A stretch of 36,351 bases of DNA from a virus. Lineage: Duplodnaviria; Caudoviricetes. Where the stretch lies: the IMG/VR virus record IMGVR_UViG_3300020409_000041, positions 1-36,351 of that record; one strand, given 5' to 3'. This document shows positions 18,801 to 27,500 of the stretch, in pieces. The translations under genes were made by a program, and so were the position numbers. Below the pieces are notes generated by a model. The model saw nothing but the letters and a program-made list of their open reading frames with translations, did not search any database and was not told the DNA's origin. Positions within the stretch are counted from its first letter, which is position 1; the number at the start of each line of letters is the position of its first letter.

Positions 18801-19955
18801 GAAACAAATAAAAAACCAATAAGATGGACAAAACAAAAAACTGATATTAGAATAGGTAATGAAATTATAAGTAAAGCAAGAGGATCAATTGAACCACAAA
18901 TATATCCAACTGCTAAAATTATTGGTAATGTTACATCTTCATCTGGAATTGGTCCAGATGGTGGAATATTTGTTGACAACGCAAATTCTTTCTTCTACGA
19001 GAAAGGTAATCATATTGAGGCAACAAGACATGTAGAATCTTTATCAGCAATTAAATATGATCTAACAATAAATCAAGTTGATGCACTTTTAACTTCTGGT
19101 ACAATAAACGTGGGGGCATCAGCAACTGCTATCGTTTCTGCTGCTGGAACCATCTCAATTGATGTTACAAATGTAGGATCTGGATACTTATCAGCACCAA
19201 GTATTTCAATACGTCCACCAATTGGTTCTGGAACCACAACTGGTATTGGATCAACAGCATTTGCTACAACTACTATTACAAACGGTTCTGTCAGTGGTAC
19301 ATCACTTACCGCTGTTGGTTTTGGTTATGACCAATCAAATCCTCCAGAAGTTATTATAGAATTACCTTCATTCCAAACGGAAAAAATTACATCTATTAGT
19401 AATTTTCAAGGTTTTTCTGGAATCATTACAGGTATTGCACCAACTACTAATGGTGGACAGACTGCAATTAAGTTCTTCTTTAGGGCAGAAAAAGCAGGAA
19501 CAAACACAAATGATTTGGAAGTTGGATATCCAATACTAATATCTGATACAAGAGTCGGAAATGGAGTTATATCTGTAGATACTCATAACTCATCTATTGT
19601 TGGTATAGGAACTACCTTCTTAGATAATATTTACATTGTACATGCTAGAAATACTCAAGGTAATGAAAATGGTGAAATTATTTGTAATGTAAAAAATGGT
19701 TCAGCATTAAGTGGTATAACCACCACTGGATTCTACAATGTGACAACTGTAGGATTGACTACATCATTGGGTCGATTAAGTTGGGGTAGATTATATAATG
19801 CTTCAAGAGATTCTTCACCTGTTTCAATAGGTGTTACTGGATTAACTGTCAATAGTGGATTGACAAGCTTCCCAACTATTCAACGTAAGCATTATACTAC
19901 AAGTTCTCTGAAGGGTCTTAGATCATCAGGATCTATAAGAGTATTTGGACTTTGA
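6822..19955 (+). CDS. gp7: giant gp7-like baseplate wedge initiator, multi-module (4377 aa)
   Basis: Position between gp6 and gp8; FYQSKG..ESIRILF..LY N-terminal motif and DNDYYQNLSY...HPAG motif typical of gp7-like proteins; many beta-rich repeats. Confidence 0.82.
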   Translation: MSQIDKRIKVNTIIENQLPEFITADFPNATEFFKQYYLSQEFQGGPVDLISNFDQYLKSDNLVPEVIHGETILPVHFLSPSQVKASDKTIEVLSTKGFPDEYGLIKIGNEIITYEGKDATKTEAVTTSGVNVVRFTTTIAGINTTKIAVNDIVTLSSVQDPDDTILITNNTRVTNIGFQSVEVDKIITATHPQEPVTTLNPVVGQYTFTHERFFFTECVRGFSGVTGYNVGVSSSLLEVNREKLIFEDTDATDHESGATVTNLSVLFLQEFFKKLKKTFLPGFDNNEFASNLDVGNFVKFSRSFYQSKGIEESIRILFKVLYGVESKVLDLEGNLVKPSDAEFIRREVIITDLITPNSNPQNLVGQTIYKSNDLNTNASISEVEILQREGKSYYKISLFIGFSDRDLIEGVFTIPGKTKVLTDTPAGSSIISVDSTVGFGTTGTLISGQNLINYTSKSINQFFGCTGINIGIGTAHDIRDNETIFGYENGDLSKRVDLRITGVLSEFESVSDINLVNEGELIFVKNVGEKIQNDNSSYKEKFANSWKYNTSSRFQVDISGSTFTLKTDIDKSKLKTGDRFQILRRNEQVVEKVGIVSEITPSLGQFTASGVAGFVQDPNESYDIRRVIETASSTGVEIETGNDTLISDVLNVYTDSDIDGYVASNSLPSYNITSKKVSAATSSLSFEGYNSLTETYSFIDFPLEVGENLQFIQGDAVVYSPETEVISGLESGRTYYVDPIIVQNQNITKLALYESLSQVGGASTAQIGIGTTTSIDHNFILQTQGNKKLYVDKILRRIPLSQNLFVSSKHETPVNDIGILRDGVQIRSPISDDNIYYGPLEKIDVFNTGDGYDVLNPPVIEVENLTGNPALVEPVIKGTVKEILVDPQNFDIEAVDSISLSGGNGSGCKLQPVVGNRFRTIEFDSRDIFFGGGIDTTEETITFKKEHNLENGQLVYYNSNGNEPITTGNAFDGSQAITGALSDGDPYFVRVINSSTVRIFNTASDALFSENNAVGVNTVGLATDTVFGGTHKFRTENVNTLFSVKVINPGEGYTYRKLRVDPTGISTSYDTINFVNHGFESGEIVNYSSDTVIGGLSTSTSYIIKKIDDDSFKLANAGVGGTSTLDYDRNKFVNLTSVGAGYHVFKYPDITIDINVSYASTVTGNINLTPIITGEIIDTYLYDKGSDYGSKILNHQIKPKINILNGSSAAVKPIVVDGRIEEVVVVNKGKNYNSLPDIEISDNFGTGAIVRPVTENGKIIDTIVINSGIGYSSFSTTARVKPRGLNANLNGRVRSLTVNGTRFGDFSLTPREDFLTFGVFGYSQNIANSLENSFDIKDNGEFDKITKHSPIIGWAYDGNPIYGPFGYSDPDNINSDLKIIESSYILNDTNLVNRPSGFAPGFFIDDYYFNESGDLDIHNGRFGKTPEFPNGVYAYFATVELGATTNQIESKYPYFIGKSFRSPLIEDNLSMNHDFDFNNSNLLRNTFPHNVDEKFGDNDFIIESNEALRQSTQVLSVTQGGIDNLVILDGGTGYRIGDVTNFDSQETSGSGFSAEVSEIVGVDISRLDTSLERFEDAIFTWKNNNEVIATYQPFMEFDNLNSALISGLSTTIVNLAGSFNIGVKTDRVGLSRSMTASTSSNIVDIVVTKIPNTISVGGSIRVGSGNTTDTEVLKVLELFNERRTIRALRNTGIAHTLGSHIDFLNTSINIPVKTKKFDSKVNDIVYFNGKQSVGVGTTAGGGISVDYWIGNVKENLSIPTRTIHIPNHPFKTGQKVSLNKKTGSAKFGVSDNGEVQTFQIPLSGQSMDLYIIDKGKNFVGLLTTKVGIGSTSEGLFFHSNGTQTGIGSGLYNLSSKFNQITGDIDKVITTVETNVAAADTTTHGLQNGDIVKMNVVPNLAVGIGTTTPIAVKFNSEYQKLLLNSITFNASDVEANRIDVDNHGLVTGDKVFYQGSATGLSVGSYFVNRINNRYFQLAETSNDLYTTPPKIVSITANTGGANQSVSLINPKITSYKNSKLSFNLSDSSLSGYQFKVFYDNSLTNEYLSSQDTSNFNLSSLGTPGNVGAALTVNFSSSTPQTLYYGVTKGGYISTSDTDVIRANEIVFVDSVYSGVYNISGVTTNKFNISPKVPELTTYLSTDCEKLEYSTKSPNVKGKIKNFKILSSGFNYKKLPKFKSVISVEGTNANIVPESKTIGRINDVRIIDIGYEYSSDKTLSPEAQVAPVLEIDDLDTVKSVDIISGGIDYINAPDLLIFNPVTNTIVDNSSLVAIAPSQTVSSVKVLAPVSGLDSINHQIIAINNSNGVGINSIISSNSGMVTCFLETPFNGFVDPQPFAIGDEIFVEGIQLLGDLGIGNTQGGISTVTSTGDGFNSENYNFKFFKVEDYISGVEAILKFNLSGLTTNPGIAKTFQSGYATIINKNKYPDIRPVQTRGEFELNELLSIGNNLTDLRIVEIRDDYIKVDGKFNLKINDRITGKVSGITATVSKINGNRAKFKVDFSNRKEYGWLDDIGKLNTDYQVIPDNDYYQNLSYTVKSTVEWEKFVNPLNRLIHPAGLKNFSDTSIESQVKVGVGTTAKTNDTITLDVLNILELNDSQRVDAINNFDYARDFDSRTNKSKFLELSTKKLADFTRCKSNRVLIHDDISNNFSNTGNKANDTLIETLSEDYGNYLIQIVDPDTFDIQFSELVVLTNELDAFLLEKSTDFTTLKLGDFSTEILETGVKNLIFDPTEKFTKDHDIKILKIDFNTDLVGIGTESIGNIDLTGVVSTASTATTSTIVEFPKTDFNGLYANIFVQDNSTKEINYNEIILDFDGVKPTMSQAYFDTKKGLSNSAVGIITAKFENNLIKLQCENNSANNLDIRANIVGLGTTTTGIGTYRYSVLGQPPGAERSVRLESGFITGTGSAITYNTISKNLDSTVKSLVRVSCGNTSAIHQLVTIRDDDDVLTVQYPFVSVGSTSGIGTFGGEISGNDINLRFYPDSEFNSLIKIQSFNQIFYTENDFNNTPPNLNYGPVTQQLFLTAYDGKDGKRSDKKIFNLTHEGVPIYTKTFDPTNTGILDKTTGIFNIPDHFFSNKEELVYSPETTFVGTSATAVSIGSTTNMAGIVTTILPSTVFAKVINKDSFQLVTRPEYINSGNVVTFTGTGSGNSHKISMAKQLTKTMIGLDGVVQQPITFTRITHRLDGNIGIAQTQFVLSGISSIQPSDVLKIDEEYMTITEVGLSSISNGLINDATDVALGIATLPTVRVERGQLGISASTHADNALVKVHRGTFNIVDSKVIFTEPPKGNTRSRRNLSNLPFVKADFSGRTFLRSNYTTNMLFDDISDSFTGIGKTYSLTVGGANTSSGIGIGNGVVFINGVFQTPLTTNNVGNNYEIIADTTAGISTIQFTGITSENGQFIISEGDINQNQVPRGGLIVSLGSTAGLGYAPLQGAKVKAFKNAAGGLTSIVGIGTSSGFNLGIQTAIYSNTTGIITVTTNEVHGFGLERPNTVKLKNLEFSCVGYSGVTTTFFQDHERPLFVVGIVSDRTFEVQAGPSTIVHTYVGGGVAYEFFEDLTFGSGYRGGSVAIGVTDQAYVHRFVSAGIGSIRKGSFAGQQFTATDAVYTSHTGELLLTIPNHGLSTSDTVGIVNGGLVFKCSKDNFFSNHPYPRAVSKTSFPNSDPVSGIQTAIISVTTDTILLNVGAGGGGGTGAEISAIVGAGGTLAFTIDNPGSGYVNPEIIIPEPNYDNLPIIGVSRRAEGATTDTGSNLLLDVEVSAAATTVGIGSTLFEIKKFKVARDGHSFKVGDKFKPIGLVTASHLSKPINEFELEVIEIFNDKFSSWQFGEIDFIDSIKNLQDGSRTRFPLYFNGQLLSFQKDPSIVDSDEIDLDAVLLIFVNGVLQKPGESYFFNEGGTTFIFKEAPTGETFPGANDNDKVDIFFYKGEEGVDVDIVDIQESVKIGDDLRVMKSPLTNTVGLTTTQTNERVIKQIVNANTLETDIYSGKGVDETNKKPIRWTKQKTDIRIGNEIISKARGSIEPQIYPTAKIIGNVTSSSGIGPDGGIFVDNANSFFYEKGNHIEATRHVESLSAIKYDLTINQVDALLTSGTINVGASATAIVSAAGTISIDVTNVGSGYLSAPSISIRPPIGSGTTTGIGSTAFATTTITNGSVSGTSLTAVGFGYDQSNPPEVIIELPSFQTEKITSISNFQGFSGIITGIAPTTNGGQTAIKFFFRAEKAGTNTNDLEVGYPILISDTRVGNGVISVDTHNSSIVGIGTTFLDNIYIVHARNTQGNENGEIICNVKNGSALSGITTTGFYNVTTVGLTTSLGRLSWGRLYNASRDSSPVSIGVTGLTVNSGLTSFPTIQRKHYTTSSLKGLRSSGSIRVFGL

Positions 19956-19967
19956 TTAAATAACCAC

Positions 19968-19975
19968 TATAAATA
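19968..19975 (+). promoter_or_regulatory. T4-type late promoter
   Basis: TATAAATA in the gp7-gp8 intergenic gap. Confidence 0.85.
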
Positions 19976-19997
19976 AAAAGAAAAGTAAAATTTTAAG

Positions 19998-21593
19998 ATG
20001 TCGGCTATTGTTACTGACCAATTTAGAATTCTGAACGCAAATAATTTTGTTGAATCAGTAGAAAATACAAATAATTCGTACTATGTTTACGTAGGTTTAC
20101 CAAATCCTAAAGGTGCTGGTACTCTTGTGGGTTATGGTAGATCTGGAGATTGGGATACTGATACTCCCTCTCCAACTGATAGTTTTGCATATAGACTTCA
20201 TTCTGGAGACACAATGATGTATGGAAAAAAAGTCTCGTCTGCAAATATTAGAAGAATAATACGAAGAATTGACTGGGTTGCAGGAACTAGATATGATATC
20301 TATAGAGATGATTACAGTCCTACTAATCAAAGTGCTGTAGAAAAGGCAAATCGTTTATATGATGCGAAATATTATGTCCTTAACTCAGACTTTAAAGTCT
20401 ATATTTGTATTGATAATGGTTCCACAGGATCAAATCCAGCTGGAAACGTATCACAAGATGAACCAACATTTACAGATTTAGAACCATCAGCAGCAGGTAG
20501 TAGTGGTGATGGTTTTATATGGAAATATCTATTCACTGTTTCTCCTAGTGATATTGTTAAATTTGACTCAACAGAATTTATTACTGTCCCAAACAATTGG
20601 TCAACAAGCACCGATTCTCAAATAGTGGCAGTCAGAGAAAACGGAGATTCAAGCGTAAACGAAAATCAAATCAAACATGTTTACATAGAAAAATCTGGAG
20701 ATGGTTATAATAATGGTTTGAGTCAAGAAGTTGATATAATAGGAGATGGCACTGGAGCAAAAGCAAGAGTTGATGTCGTAAACAGTAAAATTACAAATGT
20801 TACAGTAAGTGCTGGTGGTAAGGGTTATAGTTATGCATTAGTTGATTTAGCAACACTTCAACCAGCTGGTGGGGTTCCTAACGCAGCTAAGTTAGTGCCA
20901 ATTATTCCACCTTCACTAGGTCATGGGCATGATCTTTATAAAGAGTTAGGTACAGATAGAGTTATCGTTTATGCTAGATTTGATGAATCTACAAAAGATT
21001 TCCCAATCGATACAAAATTTTCTCAGGTTGGTATTGTTAAGAATCCAACAAAAGTTGGAACCTCAGTAACTTATACTGATAGCACTTTTTCTGCATTACA
21101 GGCAGTTAAATTTACCGATGAAGTGACAGGAACTCCACAAGTTGGTGAAGAGATTGTACAAGTCCTAGCATTCTCACCCAATCAAGGTAGAGAAGCAACA
21201 GCTTTCGTAGCATCTTATGATGAAGACACTAAAGTATTAAAATATTTTAGAGATAGATCATTATCATTTAATTCGACTACTTACGACCATACTGATTATA
21301 CTGGAATATCTACTCAAGGTAGAATTTATCAATTCGAGACTGGTTCAACAATAGTAAATTCTATAAAAGGAAAAACTTCAGCATTTAGTGGTAAAATATC
21401 AATTGATTTTTCAGGTATTACTACTAACCCATCAGGTAATAAATTAATAAATTTAGGAACTAACTTTGTTTCTGGTTTATCTGATTCTGAGATAAATAAA
21501 GGGTCAGGAGAAATAATTTACCTAGATAATAGACCCGTGATTGTTAGAAACTCTCGTCAAAAAGAAGACATAAAAATTATTCTGGAATTTTAA
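19998..21593 (+). CDS. gp8: baseplate wedge subunit gp8
   Basis: MSAIVTDQFR, VYICIDN, DGFIWKYLFT, SGEIIYLDNR...R...QKEDIKIILEF. Confidence 0.92.
   Translation: MSAIVTDQFRILNANNFVESVENTNNSYYVYVGLPNPKGAGTLVGYGRSGDWDTDTPSPTDSFAYRLHSGDTMMYGKKVSSANIRRIIRRIDWVAGTRYDIYRDDYSPTNQSAVEKANRLYDAKYYVLNSDFKVYICIDNGSTGSNPAGNVSQDEPTFTDLEPSAAGSSGDGFIWKYLFTVSPSDIVKFDSTEFITVPNNWSTSTDSQIVAVRENGDSSVNENQIKHVYIEKSGDGYNNGLSQEVDIIGDGTGAKARVDVVNSKITNVTVSAGGKGYSYALVDLATLQPAGGVPNAAKLVPIIPPSLGHGHDLYKELGTDRVIVYARFDESTKDFPIDTKFSQVGIVKNPTKVGTSVTYTDSTFSALQAVKFTDEVTGTPQVGEEIVQVLAFSPNQGREATAFVASYDEDTKVLKYFRDRSLSFNSTTYDHTDYTGISTQGRIYQFETGSTIVNSIKGKTSAFSGKISIDFSGITTNPSGNKLINLGTNFVSGLSDSEINKGSGEIIYLDNRPVIVRNSRQKEDIKIILEF
21491..21498 (+). 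promoter_or_regulatory. putative late promoter within gp8 3' end
   Basis: GATAAATA about 100 nt upstream of the next start. Confidence 0.45.
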
Positions 21594-21596
21594 GCA

Positions 21597-24500
21597 ATGC
21601 CACAGAAGACTAATCTAAATATATCACCTTATTATGATGATTTTGATAAGGATAATAATTTCTACAAAGTTCTGTTTAGGCCAGGATATCCTGTACAGGC
21701 TAGAGAATTAACTGGGTTACAATCTATATTACAAAATCAAGTTGAATCTTTTGGAAAACACATGTTTAAAGAAGGTTCAATGGTTATACCAGGTGGTATT
21801 GAATATGATCCAACTTATTTTTCTGCAAAAGTAAATCCTAATCATTTAGGTATAGATGTATCAATATATTTAAACAATATTATATCAAACAATGAAGGAA
21901 AAGGAACCAGAGTAAGAGGTCAAAATTCAGGAATAGTCGCAACAATTAAGAATTTCATACTACCACCAGAAGAGGGAGTTGATGATATAACAATTTTTAT
22001 TAAATATAACCAATCTGGAACGGATGGTGAGAGCACTGCTTTTCCAGACGGGGAAATTTTAATACTTGAAGAAAATGTCACTTATGGTAATACAACACTA
22101 ACTGCAGAAGAAACTGTTTTAACTTTAGTTACTGAAGATGCAACAGCAACAGGATCAGCATTTGGAATTAATAAAGGAGTATATTTTATTAGAGGTTTGT
22201 TTATTGATGTTCCTACTTCATCAATAATTTTGGATCCGTATTCAAATAAACCATCATACAGGGTTGGATTAGAGATAATTGAAGATGTAGTAAATGCAAA
22301 TGATGATTCTTCTCTTTATGATAATGCTAAAGGTTTTACTAATTTTGCTGCACCAGGTGCTGATAGATTTAAAGTTACAGTAAAATTAGCTAAAAAAGCT
22401 CTTCAAGATTATGATGATACTAATTTTGTTGAATTATTCAGAACAAACGAGGGTGTTACTAAAAAATTACAAGATGAAACAGTATATTCTGAAATTAAAA
22501 AATATTTTGCAAAAAGAACATTTGATGAATCTGGTAATTATGCTGTCACTCCTTTTACTGTTAATACTCAAAACTCATTAAATGATGAGGTTAATTCAGG
22601 TGGTCTATACACTGAAAATCAAGTAACAGATAAAGGAAACACACCTTCTGATGATTTAATGTGTGTAAAACTTTCTGCAGGTAAAGCGTACGTCAAAGGA
22701 TTTGATGTTTATAAACCAAATACAACTGTTCTTGATATAGAAAAACCAAGAGACATCAAAACTGTGGATATGGCATCAATTCCATTTGATATGGGTAGTT
22801 TGCTTAAAGTTAATAATGTACAAGGAACTCCATTTATTAATATTGGTGGATCAAAAATTGAAGCTGGAAATAATAACAATGTTATAGATCTGCATAATGG
22901 ACGCAAAGGTTCATCAAATGCTGCTGGTGGATTAAAGATAGGAGTAGCAAGAGTTTATTCATTCAGTTTAACAGATGCCTCGTATTCAGCAGATGAAACA
23001 AGTTGGGATCTATATCTTTTTGATATACAAACATATACAACATTAAGAGTTACAGCTCTTACAAATCCTGGAGGAAAAATAAAAGGAACTAGAGTAAGAG
23101 GTCTTGCAAGTGGAGCGATTGGTTATCTTGCAGAAAATGCAAATACTTCTGGTACAAATGAATTAAATTTATCACAAACAACAGGTGCATTTATAGAGGG
23201 TGAGCAAATAATTTTTAATGAGAAAGAAACAACTGAAAAAGTATCTATCAAAAATGGAACGCTTGCACAACCAGGAGTTATTTCATATAATATTGGAGAT
23301 ATAAAATCAGTTTTTCAATCTAAAGATAAAGTAGAAGCTACATTAGCATCTGATTTTAGTGCTGATGCAGTTCTTTTTGATCACGTATTACCTGGATTTT
23401 CAGTGTCAGATGAATTGAACATTACAGGTTCAAGTACTGCAAGTGTAAATGGTCGTAATTTTGCAAATACTGGTATAAAAACTGATACAATCATTGCTTA
23501 TAATAATGATGCAGGAGAGGTTCCCCACTTTAACAAAATATCAAATATAAACTCAACTGGCACCACATTGACTCTAGCTTCAACCGAAGATGTATCAGGT
23601 GTATGTGAGGGATCTGTTTCTGGAGCTCAGCAATCTACCTTTAGAATTAAAGTAGCACAAGTATCAAACTATGGAAAATCATCTATTTTTACAAAATTAC
23701 CTAAAAAATACATTTCAAATGTTGATACATCTAATTCTAATTTAATAATTAATAAACAAATACTTAATCAAAGTATAAGTGGCAATTCAATATCATTTTC
23801 ATCGCAAGTTGGTTTGGCAGCGACTGTTGGTGTAACAAGTGTATTCTTTGAACCATTTGATGCTGAAAGATATTCAATCCATTATACTGATGGTACTGTA
23901 GAACCATTAACTTCAGATCAAGTTAATATTACAAACAGTGGAAATGATATAAGTTTTAATGGATTGTCAAAAGCAAGTGGTAATGCGACTGTAAATGTAA
24001 CATTAAAAAAATTCGGTGCCACAAGTAAAACAAAAGATTACGTAAGAAGTCAATCTGTAGAAATAACTCGCACGTCTGGAGTGTCAAATCTCGAAAGTGG
24101 ATTAACCACGAGTGATGCTTATGGAGTTAGAGTTGAAGATAAAGAAATATCTCTAAATGTGCCAGATGTTGTTAAAGTGATCGCTGTTCTTGAATCAAAA
24201 ACAACGTCTACCCCTGTTTTAGATAAACTTAAATTTGTATCTGGATTGGCATTAAATACAAATGTTGTTATTGGTGAAAAGGTTGTTGGAAAAGATAGTC
24301 GTGCTATTGGTCAAGTTGTAAGCGTTCCAAATGCAACTGAAATTAATTTTGTATACCTAAATGCAAATACATTTACCATAGGAGAGGATATAATTTTCAA
24401 AGAATCTGGTATTGAAACTGTGTTGATGGATACTGAGAGTGGAAATTTTGTGAATAGAACAAATAATTATAATTTAGAAAAAGGACATAAAAATCAATAT

Positions 24501-27500
24501 TGTGATTATTCTAAGATAGTTAGAAAAGCAAAAGTAGGAATTCCATCGAAAAAACTTCTAATTATTTTTGACAAATATCAAGTTGCAACTGGTAATGTTG
24601 GTGATTTATTTACTGTAAACTCATATACAAAAGAGAGATATTCAAAGGATATTCCGAGTATAAATGGATGTAGACTTTCAGACGTTCTTGATTTTAGACC
24701 AAGAGTATCTACTTTTGATCCTGACACAATAAGTGGATCTCCATTCGCATTTGATAATAGATCATTTGAGTCTACTTTGCCATTTGTAATAGCCCCAAAT
24801 GAAAGTTCGTTATTTGGATATAGTTACTATTTACCTAGAATTGATAAATTGATTATCAATAGATTTGAGGAAGTTCAACTCATAAAAGGTGAATCAGATG
24901 ATATACCTGTTCCTCCTACTGAACTAGGAGACTCAATGGAAATTGCAGAAATTGGATTACCAGCTTATCTTTTTGATACAGTTAATCATCCAATTATTAC
25001 TCTTAAAGATAATAAGAGATATACTATGAGAGACATTGGTGCATTAGAAAGAAGAATAGAAACATTAGAAACAGTGACCTCATTGAATGCACTTGAATTA
25101 TCCACACAAAGCATGCAAGTTAAAGATGCGGATGGATTGGATAGATTTAAGTCTGGTTTCTTTGTAAATAACTTTAAAGACAGGAGATTTATTAATTTCC
25201 ATCCAGAAAAAGGATCAATATGTGATGTTGATGTAATAAAACAAGAATTAGTATGTGCAGTTGATAACTGGAATATAAATCCTGAGTTAGCATTAAATCC
25301 AGCTATTGATGTAACTAAATGCGATCCAAACTCAAATTTACAATTGTTAGATACAAATTGTAGAAAAACTGGTGATATGATTACTTTAGATTATGAAGAA
25401 GTAGATTGGATAGAAAATCCACATGCTACAGGAATTGAAAATGTTAATCCATTTAACGTCATAGTTTTCATGGGTGCAGTTGTATTAGACCCTCCATCTG
25501 ACAACTGGACAAGGACAATTTATGTTGAAAACGTCAGACAAGAATCCACTGGAGCTAAATGGGCAGCAGTTGCTAATACAGTTTCATTAGGAACTAAATC
25601 AGAAGCAACTGGAGTTACAGAAGATACTGGTAAAGATATTGATGATCCAGATTCTGACTGGTATAGAGATAGAATAAAAATAATAAACGCACAATATCTA
25701 GAGACAGAAACATTCTTAACCACATATACTAATCAATTACAAGGTCCAAGTAAAGAATATGATTATGTTGAAAGTATAAAAGTAACAAGTGAAGTTGATC
25801 CTTATATGCGTTCTCGAAATGTATTTTTTAGTGCAAATGGATTAAAACCTCAAACAAAACATTATCATTATCTTGATAATGCTATTCCTGATATTGTACC
25901 TAAATTAGTCGAAATAAAAATGCAGAAAGGCACATTCAATGTGCTTGAAGATGTTAAAATTACAAAATCCTTCAACAAATCCGCTAAACCACTTACAATT
26001 GGATTTGCCAGAATACAAAAACCTAACCATAAATTTGGTGATACTTCAAGACCTGAAATTGGTGCTGGTTTAGGATCCCCTTCCGTTTCAGTCGAAACAT
26101 ACACTGTAGATCCATTCGATAGCACTAGACCTGCTCCATCAGATACATATTCTGCAACATCCAAATTATTAAATATTGATTGTATAGCATTAGCAAACAT
26201 TGAAAAATATTATGGTTTCATAACAAAAGGTGCAAAAATAATTGGACAAGAGAGTGGAGCAGTTGCAAAAGTTACTAGTGTAGATTTAGTCAGTGATAAT
26301 TGGGGAGATTTACTAGGTGCATTTTTCTTTAGAGATCCAAATACAACACCAGCACCTCCAGTTCTCTTTGAGACAGGATCAAAAACATTTAGAGTTACAG
26401 CTGCACCAGAGGGCACTGTGCCAGTTCCTGGCAGCACTGATCATGCTAGTGATGCATCTGGTGTATTCACTGCTACAGGTACCATAGAAACTCAAACTAC
26501 AAACACTGTACAAGTAAGAAATCCACCACCACCATCTGGAACAAAACCTAGTGAAACAACCACAAAAACAAATCTGACATGGAAGGAAGAAGAAGGTGAG
26601 AAATTCCTTGCTCCTCATAGAGACCCACTCGCACAATCATTTACTGTTGACGAGACTGGTGCATTTTTAACTTCGTTTGATGTTTACTTTAAATCAATCG
26701 ATCCGAAAGCAAAGTTATTTGTTGAATTAAGAGAAGTTGAATTAGGAACTCCTACTCAATATTTGGTACAAGATTATGCTCAATTATCAATTAATCCACA
26801 AACATATAATGATGGAAAACCGATTGAAACTTCCAATGACGCTTCAGTAGCAACAACTATTAAATTCCAGTCACCAATTTACTTAGAATCTGGTAAAGAA
26901 TATGCTATTGTATTCTTATCTCCAGCATCAGACAAATATGAATTATTTGTTTCTACAATGGGTGAGAAAACAATAAAAACATCAAATTTACCAGATGCGG
27001 AAAATGTTGTTGTTTCTAAGCAGTACATTGGTGGTAGTTTATTTAAATCTCAAAACGGAACTATATGGACAGCGAGTCAGTTCCAAGATTTAACATTTAA
27101 ATTAAGAAAAGCAAAATTCATCACAGGAGTTACAGGAACAACTACATTCTATAATACACCAATCGAACCTGGTAATGAAAATACTCAAAAAATTATAGAT
27201 AATCCAATACGCTCACTACCTAGAAAATTAATTGTCAAAATTGATGGATCAGGCACTAAAACAAATGCTAAATTCCCAATAGGAAGAAAGGTCAGCACTG
27301 GTTTACCTTCTGATGCAGAAGACGTTAGTATAACTGGTATAGTTGAAGGTCAAGGAGCTCCTATTGCAACTCCTGAACTAATTGCAGGTGGGTCTGGATA
27401 TTCATTTAGTAGTACAACTGCTGTCCCAACAATTTCTTTGACTGGAAATGGAAGTGGTGCTACGTGTAATATAACAGTATCTGGTGAAGTAGTTACAAAT

